Positions 38,335 through 50,809 of a stretch of DNA of 64,000 nucleotides are shown here, in pieces. How positions within the stretch are numbered: the first letter of the stretch is position 1; each line of letters opens with the position of its first letter. The notes under the pieces are model-generated. The model saw nothing but the letters and a program-made list of their open reading frames with translations, was not told where the DNA came from and ran no database searches. Source of the stretch: Haliotis rubra (lineage: Eukaryota); the NCBI RefSeq assembly GCF_003918875.1, contig NW_025767052.1:1-64000 (forward strand). The letters are read 5' to 3'. The position numbers and the translations under genes are program-made.

Positions 38335-40997
38335 ATAACATGGCACATGGAAACGTGAATGACACCCTCATAGCTCATCTGGGTAGCTTGGAAGGTACGT
38401 ACATATTACATCATTATTTTAAACTAGGTAGTCGTTATATCTCCCGATCTAATACATAATTTCGTTCTTTTCATTCATATATATTCACCCAATAGGGGTG
38501 GCTCAATCACTAAATGTCGATAACCTGTGCTTAGGCCGGGCTATTACTGTAGCCCTGTACCTTCTTAGACAAGCCGCGTTACCCCGGGATTTGACCAAGA
38601 AGGAACGCAGACAGTGATACACTGAGCGAGAAGCGTTCTTGAGGGATGCGAGAGGCATACAAACTGAAGCTACCGAACCTGTATGGAAAGTTGTCCAACA
38701 TGGGAGGTGTTTCAAGCATGTTTAAGGGACGAGGCGCGCTTGCACGTACACACTATTACACCCGGTAATGGTTCTTCTGTTTTGTACGCTCCGCATACCC
38801 CACCTGGCATGGTTGAACACATCCTGTGCATCGATATTTTCTGGTGGCCTGCTAACACCCTCCAAAGCGGTACAAATGGTCACTACGATTGTATAAATTC
38901 AGTAGCGGGTTTGTACGGCGGTAACAAGTTTGCAAGCAATGCCATAGGGGGTACAAAACGCACGACAGGCATGCGTGCACTAAAGAGTACGTGCACTAAA
39001 GAGTATGCATGCGGAAAATGTGGGCGTAAGGGTTAAAGCTGTCTTAACGATTTTTGGTGACGTTGGCGATCAATTGGATCTGCTCGGTCATCCTTGTCGA
39101 CAGTGTCGTGTGTTGCCTACCGTGTTTGTGGGCAGAAGAGCTTCTGGTGTCCCCAATGCCGGACCGACAGAAATGCGGACCACGAATGTCTCGAAGTCAA
39201 CAAAAACAAAGTGTGTCGTCGGTGTAAGAGTCTTTTTGGACCCTCTCACCGATGCCACATGTCTGTCGACGTCATCGAGGAGGAGGACCGTATAGACCAC
39301 GATCTCACCAAGTATATTTTTTACGATTTCGAATCCATGTGCGACGAAAACGGCAAACACATACCTAATCTATGCGCTCTCCAGCTCGGTTGCGGCAAGT
39401 GCATGGGTTCAGAGTCTGAATACTTGTGTGAGACATGCCCCTGGCGTGCCAAGAAGATAACCCAGTGCGTACCCCCGGATAATAAACGGGAAATAGTCAT
39501 AGACGGTCACCATACCGAGACACTCGTCGGTCAGTTTTTTTCTCACCTAGTGCTACCACTGCCTCCAAAAACACGGCCGAATACCACCGCGAACACCGCT
39601 GCGTCCCAAGAGGGGGATACGTCCGTTCAAAACTCTACCGCAGCTGATGACGACGACATCGATGACAAAGGTGGTAACCCAGCCATTGTGGTCGTGGATC
39701 ACTATGCTAAGGGTTATGAGAACCATTTCATTTTGAAATCGTTGTTAGAACATCTCACGCAAAAACCGGAGGTTATATTGACCGGGAGTAAAATTTTGAA
39801 CATGTCTGTCGGCAGACTTCTTTTCCGCGACTCCCACAACTATATCCCTGACGTTCTTAAGAAATTCTGTAAGACTTTTGGTTTGGAAGCCGGTGAAAAT
39901 GGATTTTTTCCTCATCTCTTTAATAAGGTTGGCGCCAACCAGACAGTTCTCCTGAACAATCTGCCCACCATACATTATAACGGTGTGGATAGCATGTCTT
40001 GGGGCGATCGCGAGACCTCCGTCTCGTGGTTTGAGGAAAACAAAGGGAAATCATTCAACATGCAGGTCGAACTTTTAAAGTATTGTTGGCAAGAAGTGGC
40101 CATCTTAAGACAGGGTTGCACGAAATTCATAAACATATCTCTGAACGACGTCAACACCTTTTACGAGTGCATCACTTACGAGTGCCCCACGCCTGTGTTG
40201 ACGTTTAGGCGAAAGTACCTGAGACCCGACACCATATCCATAATACCTCCCAGCGGGTACCAGAACAACCAGCCATGACAGTCGATTGGTTAGCATCTCT
40301 GGAACGAAACCAGGGCTTACGACTGGATCGTGAAGTGTCCTTCACCTGCTGTGCTGATGGCTACGACGACGACTACGACGACGACACCACAACCGCGCAG
40401 AGACCGCATACCTACAAGGTAGACGGTTACGATCCGGTCACTAAAGTAGCTTACGAATTCCTAGGGTGTTTCTGGCACGCGTGTACGACGTGTTTCCCGC
40501 GTAAGCGGAACACCAAAATGCACTACGGTTCAGGCACTACACTGGCAGACAGACACGACCACACCATGTATCGTTTAGGTCTTTTACGACAACACCCAGA
40601 AGTGTCTGCCATACAGGCTATATGGGAGTGTCAATACAGAGCCGGTAGAGTGTAAATACAGACGATCAGAGATCATGGGTGGGTATCTACACCACCGTAG
40701 AAGTGTGTAAAGCGGTTCGAGAACTGTGTTATGCAGTCAGACGTATTTTCTCTGCGTGGCACTTTTCTCAGTTCGAAGTTTACGACCCCAACACCGCTGG
40801 CACCACGGGATTGTTCGCCGGATACGTCGACAACTTCTACAAACTGAAACAAGAAGCTAGTGGCAAGTGTGACATGGAGGATAACCAGTGCAGTTTCGTC
40901 GAGGAAATTTTCCCAAAGGAGGGAGTTCGTATGGATCCCTCCAATATCAGATTCAACCCGGGTATGCGAGCAATCGCCAAGTTTATGTTGAACAGCC

Positions 40998-43505
40998 TGC
41001 TGCGAAACTGTCTTCATCATTTTCAGATTACACACATAAACTTAGTAACGCACTCTCTACTAAAGACAGTAAATTATTCTGGAGAACTGTGAAATGGAAA
41101 TCATCATTTGTAAATAATAATATTACACCATTTGACTGGATGAATCATTTCAAGAATGTTGTTCAGTCTTCCTATTGTTCAGCCGATGAAGAACACTTCT
41201 ATATTTTTGTCAATCATTTTGTTGATTCAATCAGTGATAGACTTATTGATTCATCTGTGGACAATGACTATTTGGATAAAGAAATATCCTACCAAGAAAT
41301 AGTTAATGCTATTCAAGAAATGCATAATGGAAAAGCACCAGGACTCAGTGGCATTCCAATTGATTTTTTTAAAACTGCACCTCATCATTGTATTGATTTA
41401 TTGAAATCTCTTTTTAATAGCATTTTGTCTACAGGTATTTATCCATCTCAGTGGACGTATGGAGTTATTAATCCTTTGTATAAGAAAGGTAAAACTGATT
41501 GCCCTTGGAATTATAGACCTATTACACTGCTTGAAGTAACTGGTAAAATATTTTGTAAAATTATCAACAACAGGTTAAACTCTTGGGCTGAAAGGGAAGA
41601 ATTCTTCGGTGACGAACAAGCTGGGTTCAGGTATGGTTTCCAAACACATGATAATATATTCATTCTTAATGCTATAATTGATTAATATCTTTCACTTTAC
41701 AAAGGGGGCGGTGGGGTAGCCTAGTGGTTAAAGCGTTGGCTCGTCACGCCGAAGACCCGGGTTCGATTCCCCACATGGGCACAATGTGTTAAGCCCATTT
41801 CTGGTGTCCCCTGCCGTGATATTGCTGGAATATTGCTAAAAGCGGCGTAAAACCAAACTCAGTCAGTCAGTCACTTTACAAAGGCCGCCTCTATTGTGCA
41901 TTTATTGACTTGAAGTCCGCTTTTGACTCAGTCGATAGGTGTGGTCTCCTTTACAAACTGTGGCTTGGCAATGTGAAAGGTAATACCTACAGGCTATTGA
42001 AAAATATGTACCAAAATGTTAAAGCTTGTGTGTCGATGAGAGATGGTTACACACCGTTTTTTGATTGTTTATCAGGAGTTCGTCAGGGATGCCAGTTGTC
42101 TCCCTTTCTCTTTTCCTTCTTTGTCAACGACATTGTTGATTGTCTATCTGCTGATGGTCAGAGGGGTATCATTTTAGACTTAGTTGAGCTGTTCAGCCTA
42201 TTGTTTGCTGATGATATTGCGCTTTTTGACTTCACAGTTATAGGTCTGCAAAAGAGGCTAGACAAGCTAGTTTCGTATTGTAACAAGTGGAAATTGAAAA
42301 TAAATCTTGATAAAAGTAAAGTTATTGTATTCAGGAAGGCTGGTCGTCTAAGACATTACGAAAAGTTCCATTTGAATGGACAGTTGCTTGAAATTGTTGC
42401 ATCATATGAATACTTGGGTGTTCACTTCTGTTCCTCTGGATCATGGTATGTTACACAGAAAATTTGGCTGACCAAGCATAGAAGGTGTTGAATACTTTCA
42501 AATCATCGGTTAAGAATTTTTATAATCTACCAATTAATGTTCTGCTCCATATATTTGATGTCAAGGTTTTGCCATTGTAACTATACGGAAGTGAAGTCTG
42601 GGGTTTCCTCCCGTCGCCATCTGTATTGAATGTACACGATAGGTTCTGTAAACAGGTTTTGGGTCTTTCAAGATACACGCCAAATATTGCAGCTCGTGCT
42701 GAGATTGGTCGTCATTCATTAAAGGTAAATCAGTACATTAAGATTGTTAAATATTGGGTTCGCCTCCTGTCTCAAGTTGAGAATGTAATCTTAAATAAGG
42801 TTTATGAGTATCAGTATTGTCTTGCTGAAAAAGGTATAGATTGTTGGGCTTTTAAGGTGAAATCTCTTTTGTACAGTTATGGTTTTGGCAATGTGTGGGC
42901 CAGTCAAAGTGTTGGAAATATCTCTACTTTCATATCATTATTTAAGCAAAGATGTATTGATATAGATAACCAGTTGTGGGCATCTCGTATTATACTTGTT
43001 TCGAATTTGGATTTTTATCGCAGGCTCAAAGAAGGTGTAGCTTTTGACTTCTATATCGATAGTGTTAGTGTAAAACAGTTTCGAATCTTCTTAAGTAGAT
43101 TTCGTTGCTCAAACCACAATTTGATGATAGAGTACGGTAGACATTTAGATCTTAAAAGGGAGGATCGCCTGTGCCCGCTTTGTATCATACCTAACATAGA
43201 AAATGAATATCACTTTTGCCTGGAATGCCCTTTTTATGGGAAATTAAGAAATGATATCCTCCCTACATATTATCACATATATCCATCTGAAGTGAAATTA
43301 GCCCAGTTGTTTACAACAAAGAATACTATATCATAAATTGTCTTGCAAAAACGAAATAAATTTCTTTCAGCCTTCGTACCCACAATTGTATAATTGTGCA
43401 GCTCTCATGATGTTGTACGGTGCTCTAATAATTGTATATTCTGTACACCTAATGTATAATGGGCCTGTGGCCCCTTTCCTGAATAAAACAAAAACTCTCT
43501 CTCTC
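40998..43505 (+). mobile_element. 5'-truncated LINE inserted into pPolB motif B
   Basis: RT motifs NYRPITL, QAGFR, GVRQGCQLSP, LFADD; C-terminal CxxC...EYHF..C; aataaa plus (ct)n tail. 12-bp TSD tgttgaacagcc at 40986-40997 and 43506-43517. Confidence 0.95.
41706..41870 (+). mobile_element. tRNA-derived SINE nested in the LINE
   Basis: A/B boxes; 14-bp TSD tcactttacaaagg at 41692-41705 and 41871-41884. Confidence 0.95.
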
Positions 43506-45232
43506 TGTTGAACAGCCACTGGGGCAAATTTGGTCAGTCTAATGACAAGACCCAGTGTCGGTACATCACAAACGAGCGCGATTTCTACGACCTCATTCAC
43601 GACAGGTGCATAGATATGAAAGATGTCATTTTGGCCAGCCCCGACACTCTACTCGTCACCTTCGCCCCCACTGAAGCACACTGAGTTCCACACACCGCCA
43701 GCAATCCCGTCACAGCCGCGTGGGTCATGGCGCAAGCTGAGCTAAAACTGTACGAAGCCTTGGAGTGCCTAGGTGATGCCGTGTTGTACTTTGACATGGA
43801 TTTGGTGATTTACATAGAGAAGAAGAGCGAGCCTCGACCTTTGAAACTTGGTGATTCTCTAGGCGAGTGGACTGACGAGATAAAAGAGGGCAATTGGATC
43901 GACGAATTTGTGACCTGTGGACCGAAAAATTATGCGTATCAACTACGTCATCGACCGCGTAAAGGGCCTCAGGAAGTTTGTAAGATCAGAGGTTTTACCT
44001 TAAATTATCACTCTTTTGAATTTCCAGGCCCTGGTCAACACAGCTCTCCAGGCCCCAGACGCTCGTACGAAAATTCGCGTCACGTGTCCTCATTTTCTCA
44101 AGAGGTTGGGTCTAGAGTGAGAGTTGGACGTACACACCGTGAGTCAATCAAAATACGGCTTTTGCTACAGCAAGCGTCGCATCATCCCCGAACCCGTAAC
44201 CTCTGAGTTGACCTACACGGTACCCTACGGCTACGACACCAGCCCCACGTGATTCGTCGATCGCACTCAACCAGTTAATAGCCCGGCATCCCGCCAAGCT
44301 GCACTCTCTCCTTTTGAGAGCCACACCCCCCCCCCCCCTCCCACACACACACACACACAAACGAGTCATGACACGCTCGACGTATACTTTACTTTACTAT
44401 CTATCGTCATGTCTCAACAGCTGAACGACGGGTTGTATAAGGATGACGACATGTTCCAAATCAGCTATGCCCTCACTAACGCCCTGTCACACGTGATGGT
44501 AGCCCTCCGTCACAGCATGGGCTCCTCCAAACTGACCCCGCAACCCCAACAACATCAACATCACCAACACCCGCGAAAAAGAGACGCCTCAACCCCGACA
44601 GACTGACCCAACATCTTCAACAACGGAGAACCCTCATCAACCACCACCACCAACAACAACAACAACAACAACCATGACAACGCCCACCAACACCGGCACA
44701 AAAACCCTGCCACTACCACCACCACCACCACCACCACGACCACGGCCAACCACGCCGCACACCCAAACTCGAAACGACCGGCACTCACGTGCCAAACGAA
44801 GAAGACAAACGGCGGCATACCGACAGTCGCCAATGACAGCAAGAAGAAGAAACCGAAGAACCAAAAGACAGCGCCCTCTTTTTCTTCTTCTACAAAGATA
44901 GGTATCCAAGAACGCCAAGAACTAGGAGAAGAAACAACTGTCGAACTCGATGCTGAATTACAGGGGCTCGTCACCGAGCTGATAGGGGGGTAGCGACGAG
45001 TGAAAACGCACCCAGGCATACAAATGAAATAAACGAACGGATCGTGTGGTCCGTTGAAATGTAAAACCCAGTATTCGGTTGTTATTTTCGTACGTCTCTC
45101 TCTCTCTCTCTTTCACACCGAAAAAAAAAAGACAACAAACGAACAATAAACAAACAAGCAGGCATAAATTCATTATAAAAGCATCACGCTTCTGCTTTAC
45201 AGAAGCACTTTTATAAGTTTATTTATACGCGA

Positions 45233-45954
45233 AATGTCAGCTATCACGGCCAACGTGCAGCACGCGATAACTAACTTAGTCGTCAGTAGCGCGACTGGAA
45301 CGGTTAGTAGACAGAACTCATTTCCAATTCCCTAAGATATTCAGACTCACATTCGTAAAACACATGCTAGAAAATGATATCGATGGTCCGAGGCCCTTAC
45401 TACAAAAACAAGCGGACATCATACTGTGGGTGTATAGCAAAACGCAGCCTATATACGATGTTATAAAAACGACATGCGCGAGGGGTAGTATTGAAATTCA
45501 TTTTGTGAAGAAGATTAGCGACGACGTAGAAGGCTACGTAGACGCTTCCAAACATAACTGGCTAGTGATTGACGACGCTGCAGGTGATTTGACCCAGGAG
45601 GATGAAAAAAAGTTACCTAGATGCTTCGTTTGGAGGTCCGATCACAAGCAGACCAGTATTCTATACTTACAACAGAACATTTTTGCGTGGACACCGTTCC
45701 ACAGAAAAAACAGCTTAATTTGCACGCATGTGGTTGTGTACAAGAACACTCGGGATAGAAGCCAGATAGAACATTTAGCTAGACAGATATTCCTGGGTCA
45801 ATCAGGATTTATAAGAGACGCTTACGCCCTTGCTACGTCACAGCCCCACACCTATATACTGCTGGATTTAACGCCGAGTACACCCGACGAGTTTAGAGTG
45901 CGTGGTAACCAGTTTAACAGGGAACACGGGGGAAATAGACGTATACCAGCCTAA
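45233..45954 (+). pseudogene. Maverick packaging ATPase (A32/FtsK-like), Walker A region disrupted
   Basis: WLVIDD Walker B, LQQNIF, VYKNTRDRSQIEHLARQ, YILLDL, FRVR. Confidence 0.8.
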
Positions 45955-46044
45955 AATTATAAAGTGAATTGTATGGATTGCCACAATGATAAGGGTTGCA
46001 TATTGGGGAAATAAATACTATGATGGGAGGCTGGAACTCGCGCC

Positions 46045-47130
46045 ATGAACACTGCACATGAAGACGGTAGTAGTAGTAGTAGCAGTAGCAGCTATGACGA
46101 CTATTCTCCGACGTCTCCAGACGGATATACCGACGACTCTAGTATGGACGATACCAGTGACGATGCAACGACGACGTCCACCAGTTCTTCATCTTCTCTG
46201 TCGGCATCGTCTTTGGTTAAAGAGACAACCCGCATACCTTATTCCGCCACCGTGTGTAGAAAAGATCAACTGTGGCAGGCTTACTTGTCAGACGTGTCAC
46301 GTATCAGTAAAGTCAACGATGGTTACAAATTCATATTATTCATGATTGACGTGTTCATCAGATACGCATTTGCCGAACCGCTCAAAGATAAAAAAGCTAA
46401 AACGGTGACCAATGGTTTCAAAAGGATCTTGGCCCAGGCTAAGCCTCGTATGTTTCTTAGCTTAATGACCGATAAAGGTAGGGAATTTGTCAACAGTAAT
46501 TTTAGACATCAGGTTGAGAAGGTTCTGAGGAAATCGTTTTATACCAGTCAAAACGACGACATGAAAACCCTAAAGACGAGAACAGAGAACCCTAAAGACG
46601 CGTTTATGGAGATATTTTACCACGATATCTCAACCTCGGTACGTGGAGGTGTTGCCTAAAATATTGAAAGCTTACAATAACGCGTACCACACTACCACCG
46701 GGCGTAAGCCTAGCGAAGTGATTACTATCCGTAATGAGCTAGGGGTGTGGGATCACAACAGCCACCGACAAAATACTCTGGATGCAAAACATTATATTCT
46801 TCTAAACGCGAGCAATACCTACTGCCAGAAACACCCGTGAGGATCTCTAAGAGAAAAGGGAATTTCGATAAAGGGTACGAGGCCAACTGGACCAGAGAAA
46901 TATTTTACATGGTCAACAAAGTTAAACATCGGAGACCGTCAGCCTATAAAATTCGCGACTACAATAGAAACGCTATAAAAGGAACATTTTTTGGGGACGA
47001 GTTACAAGTCGTATCAGAGCTGGAGGCCTACGAAGTAGATAGCGTAGTGAAGAGAAGGGTCAATAAGGCTAAGCTAAAACTGAACTGTTAATTCGATGGA
47101 AGTGATACCCGGCCAAAGAATTCGACCAAT
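46045..47130 (+). pseudogene. Maverick retroviral-like (rve) integrase with a C-terminal chromo-like region, frameshifted
   Basis: LWQA.LSD, IDVFIRYAFAEPLKDK, TDKGREF, AYNNAYHTTTGRKP, FDKGYEANWTREIF, YKIRD...IKGTF...ELQ. Confidence 0.9.
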
Positions 47131-47437
47131 GGCTACCAGAAAGTCACGTGGTAAGGAAATCCTCAAAAAGGGCTTGATGTGTATGAGGAAGCTACCACTA
47201 AACACCATTCTGTTATGCATACTGGTCGTATGCTTCTTGTGTCTGAAAGGTACTACGCCGTTCGATCTAGCCGAGGATATAAAGAAGGTGGAAGAACAGT
47301 TGTTTGAATTACTAAAAATATCGCTATCTATGCGCACGGTTCATACCTCTCCCGGTATGTTAAGAAGTCGTAACAGCAACAGCCCTCATTTGTTCCTGTC
47401 ACCGAACATCAGTTTATGGGAGAACAAAACTATACAT

Positions 47438-47730
47438 ATGAGTAATGGTGTGAAACCGTCAGATTTTTACCTTACCCTACCTAGCGATGCCAGCCCAGAA
47501 ACACGACCGGATAATGTACAGCACACGTACACCGTAGATTAACCGTACCCTCTGAAGGTAGACAGAAAGAATAATTGGAGAGTGGGCGTTAGTACTGTAC
47601 AGATACCCGTGACATGGCACAATTTACCCGCTCCACATAATACTTTCAGCGTGTATATCACTGTGCCCGTGTGTTGTAGAGAGGGGGGTATAGCAGAAAA
47701 TGACATCATCGAACACCTGGCTGACCTCAT
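47438..47730 (+). pseudogene. Maverick minor capsid (penton) N-terminal fragment
   Basis: DFYLTLPSDAS....PDN....YTVD*PYPL...WRVGVSTVQIPVTWHN; one in-frame stop at 47540. Confidence 0.7.
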
Positions 47731-47991
47731 TTCACAGGGGTGTCAATGACCTTGTACTGAGCTGACCTTGGGATAAACAACATTCCCAGAGGTATTTTTA
47801 TATCAGGTGCATAGCAACGGAAAATGAAAAAGATATCTAGGAATATGGATAGATCAACTGGTTTAATCCAGTTTGGAAATGAAAATATATAAACCCCTTC
47901 TTTTTAGATCATGCATCACTTCATCCCTGACTACACAGACGACATCCAGCTATACAACTCTCTCTCTCTCTGTTGGCTGTTTATCTTGAAG

Positions 47992-48624
47992 ATGGAAGCC
48001 GTTCACCGTGATATCCTGAGGAAGAATCACTCCGGTCTAGTGCAAGCTATAAAGCACGTAGAAGAGGTGGTGGACAAGCTGATGCAGTCTAAAGTCCTTA
48101 CCATCTTCATGAAGGCAGAGATTATCGAAAAACCTCCAACCTCCTTTGACCTTGTCAGAGCTTTATTAGATACCCTTCCCCAGCGGGGACCAGAAGCCTA
48201 CTCCCTCTTCTGTAAAGCTTTGGAGGAATGCGGAGAGATACAGGCCATGGCATTGTTGGGACTGGAGACAGACAGGACAGAGTATCCTCATGGTCATGAA
48301 GATCTAGGTGGGTACCTATGTATGGACAGTATTCCTCTCAGACCTCGAACACAGTTCCAAGAACGGCTGAATTCCTCTCAGTCTTGGCCTGTGCAGATGA
48401 AACAGAGTCCTAGTCAAATGGCCCAGGCTGGATTTGTGTACTTAATCAGAGGGGACGCTTGCAAGTGTGTTCAATGTGGTGTTGTTCTCAAGAACTGGGA
48501 CGTAGAGGATGATCCTTGGGGCGAACATGAAAAATGGTCTCCAAACTGTCCGTATTTGGCCCTGGTAGGAGTACCTCAGAAAGAGGTGGTCCGCTGGGGT
48601 AGTCATGTAGATTTACATGTGTAA
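47992..48624 (+). CDS. Intronless CARD-BIR protein (IAP-like), 210 aa, within the Maverick
   Basis: CARD MEAVHRDILRKNHSGLV...LLDTLPQRGPEAYSLFCKAL; BIR RLNS..SWP...MAQAGFVY with intact Cx2Cx16Hx6C. TATA at about 47886, AATAAA at about 48673. Confidence 0.88.
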   Translation: MEAVHRDILRKNHSGLVQAIKHVEEVVDKLMQSKVLTIFMKAEIIEKPPTSFDLVRALLDTLPQRGPEAYSLFCKALEECGEIQAMALLGLETDRTEYPHGHEDLGGYLCMDSIPLRPRTQFQERLNSSQSWPVQMKQSPSQMAQAGFVYLIRGDACKCVQCGVVLKNWDVEDDPWGEHEKWSPNCPYLALVGVPQKEVVRWGSHVDLHV

Positions 48625-48744
48625 GAGTGTGATGTTCATTGTACAATACTGTGTGTATTTGTGACTATTTGAGAATAAATCAATATTGGTTGTCATTAGT
48701 TAATGTGGTGTATAAAAGTCCTAACGAAAGGTAGGTGAAGGGAG

Positions 48745-48816
48745 AGCAGTGGAACACAGTGGAAGCGCACTGGGCTCATAACCCAGAGGACCGTGGATCG
48801 AAACCACGCTTTGCTA
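48745..48816 (+). tRNA. tRNA-iMet(CAT)-like gene, D-arm degenerate
   Basis: 72 nt, A1:U72 pair, anticodon arm CTGGG-CTCATAA-CCCAG, T-arm CGTGG-ATCGAAA-CCACG with the initiator-type loop. Confidence 0.75.
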
Positions 48817-48840
48817 ACAACATGTGTTTAGGAGTTAGAA

Positions 48841-48960
48841 TTAGGGCTAGCAGACATCTATATACAGGACAGAAACGGTGATTTAGATTCATTTAGCCGT
48901 GGACCCGTGATAGTGACACTTCATCTGAAACCTCTGTGTGAGAGTCAGTTTTCATTCTGA
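48841..48960 (+). pseudogene. Penton C-terminal fragment
   Basis: DIYIQDRNGDLDSFSRGPVIVTLHLK resembles the Maverick penton end motif IxIxDxxG...F..G...VTLHF. Confidence 0.55.
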
Positions 48961-48969
48961 ATCAGAAAA

Positions 48970-49266
48970 TGAACAAGAGACCCTTTTTTGACGACCCTAA
49001 GAAATGGACCAAATATTACTAATTTGCAGGCTAAAGGATATCCCAATCCCTGTACTAACGTGGATGATTATGTGATCTATGACGAGAAGCAAGGCGTCAA
49101 GATGGACCTACCCCCTTCTTCTGAAGAGACTTTTGCACTCACTTCTCCCACCCAACAAGTGGTTCAACAGGCTAAAGCCAAGTTGAAGAGAGAAAGGGAA
49201 AGTGTCGTCAATAGGGGAAACACAATGGAAGCAGTGTCAACAAATCGAATGAAAACATATTTTTAA
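48970..49266 (+). CDS. Small Maverick-type hypothetical protein
   Basis: LTSPTQQVVQQAKAKLKRE motif; located between the penton fragment and the ATPase. Confidence 0.4.
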
Positions 49267-49326
49267 ATAGAGACAAAAGGCTAAATGTGTCATTTTTAGT
49301 AGGACTGTTGACGTGTAAACATCATT

Positions 49327-50112
49327 ATGCATCCCTGTCCTGTATGCACCAAACAATATGTTTGGGCTCATGACTTGTCCCGTCATATTCGAACAAAACA
49401 TTCAGAAGATATCAAGCAGCAGCAGCAACAGCAACAGCAGCAGCAACCAGTGCAACCACATTCATCAGAAAGTACTACCTAGTCATTGGAAGAATTTAGG
49501 CTTCTACACCCCTTTACCATGATCGTCTCAGGGCCCATCTCCTGTGGGAAAACCTACTTAGTGAAACAGCTTTTAGAACGGATGAACATTAAACCTTATC
49601 CTGAACGTATTATTTGGCTCAACAAACGATGGCAGCCCTTGTATAACACCATTCAAACCCATGTTTATCCCTATGTGGAATTTCATCAAGGCATTCCTTC
49701 TGATCTCGAAAAGGATCAGTTTCTGGACCCCCATGTGGTGAATGTGGCTATCCTCGACGACTTAATGTCGACAGCGAGCAAAGATCCATGCATTACAGAT
49801 CCATTTACGGAAGGAAGTCATCATCCTAATCTCTCAGTGATAGCCTTGAACCAGAATTTGCATTTTAGTAAGGATCCCACACAACGAAGAAACTGTCATT
49901 ATCTGCTTCTGTTCAACAACCCTATCGATCAACAACCCATCATCAGGCAAATGTATCCAGGTAACACAGACCATTTCATGGAGCCGTTTCAAAGGGCTAT
50001 CCAGAAACCATATGGCTACGTGTTGGTTGACCTAAAACCCCAAACACCTCCCCATTTACGACTTTGTCCCAATGCATTCAGTTTAAAAGGAGACCTCCAT
50101 GAAAGGAACGAG
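49327..50112 (+). pseudogene. Second packaging ATPase with N-terminal C2H2 zinc finger and polyQ
   Basis: CPVC...HIRTKH and polyQ, in-frame TAG at 49480, then HPFTMIVSGPISCGKT (Walker A), ILDDLM (Walker B), EGSHH.NLSVI, PYGYVLVDLK. Truncated by a Tc1. Confidence 0.85.
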
Positions 50113-50806
50113 TTCAGGGGTGAGCACCTGGTCGCGGTAAGCAGCAGCTGTGAGGTTTCCACGGATGACCAGAAGTCGGGAACGGTTGTTCCCACAGAAA
50201 GCACCCCACGTCGAGAATGGAGATTGGCAGCGTGCAGAATGGTCTGTGAGGACAGTCGACCTCTAAACATCTCAGCCCTGGTTCGTGTAGCCGGCAGAAA
50301 TCTGTCACGTAGGTGACGTAGGACGATTTGACGGTCTTCTGTTCGTGACGTCACACGTGGACGACCCGACCTTGGGCGATCAGAAGTGGTGCCAGTTTGT
50401 TGTAGACGACCTCGCAAGTCATACACAGTACGACGGCTGCATCCAATTGCTCTTGCGACGTCAATAACTGATCTTCCCGCTTGCAACATGCCAACGGCAC
50501 GTTCACGTTGCACATTTGACAATCGTGGCATTTCAAGTACCGTTAGAACTGTGGTTTGAAAGTGTTTTTTCAATTCTTGAAGCCAATGCAAACACGTGCA
50601 TATGAAGAAAACTTCGATGCGAAGATCACGTGATCGACTGCACGTGCAAAACCTGATTTGGCACTAGCGTCATTTGCACGACGAACTGATGGGTTTGAGT
50701 GGGTTTTGCTAACGTTTTTCTTCGGATACATAGATGTATCATCAGAAAACAATTATTCATTATTTTTCAGATTACATTTTGTGAAGTTTCTTTTTTGACT
50801 CAGTAT
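50113..50806 (-). mobile_element. Tc1/mariner 5' fragment
   Basis: MPRLSNVQRERAVGMLQAG...RSGRPRVT (from 50531); terminus ...ttttttgactcagtata. Confidence 0.85.
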
Positions 50807-50809
50807 ATA

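Larger units (their letters stand above)
38340..44235 (+). pseudogene. Protein-primed family B DNA polymerase of the Maverick, frameshifted and LINE-interrupted
   Basis: DNLCLGRAI, GHYDCI; exonuclease motifs FYDFES, HYAKGYE, FRDS, FFPHLFN, KYC; VDGYD...YEFLGCFWHAC; motif B KFMLNS|HWGKFGQ; motif C YFDMDLVIY; LGEWTDE, GPKNYAY, KIRGFTL, PYGY. Confidence 0.92.

Noticed and set aside
41706-41780. tRNA gene
   Set aside because: Head of a multicopy SINE with body, tail and TSD; no complete cloverleaf.
50113-50316. C-terminal extension of the 276-aa ATPase ORF
   Set aside because: Read-through into the antisense strand of a Tc1 fragment.
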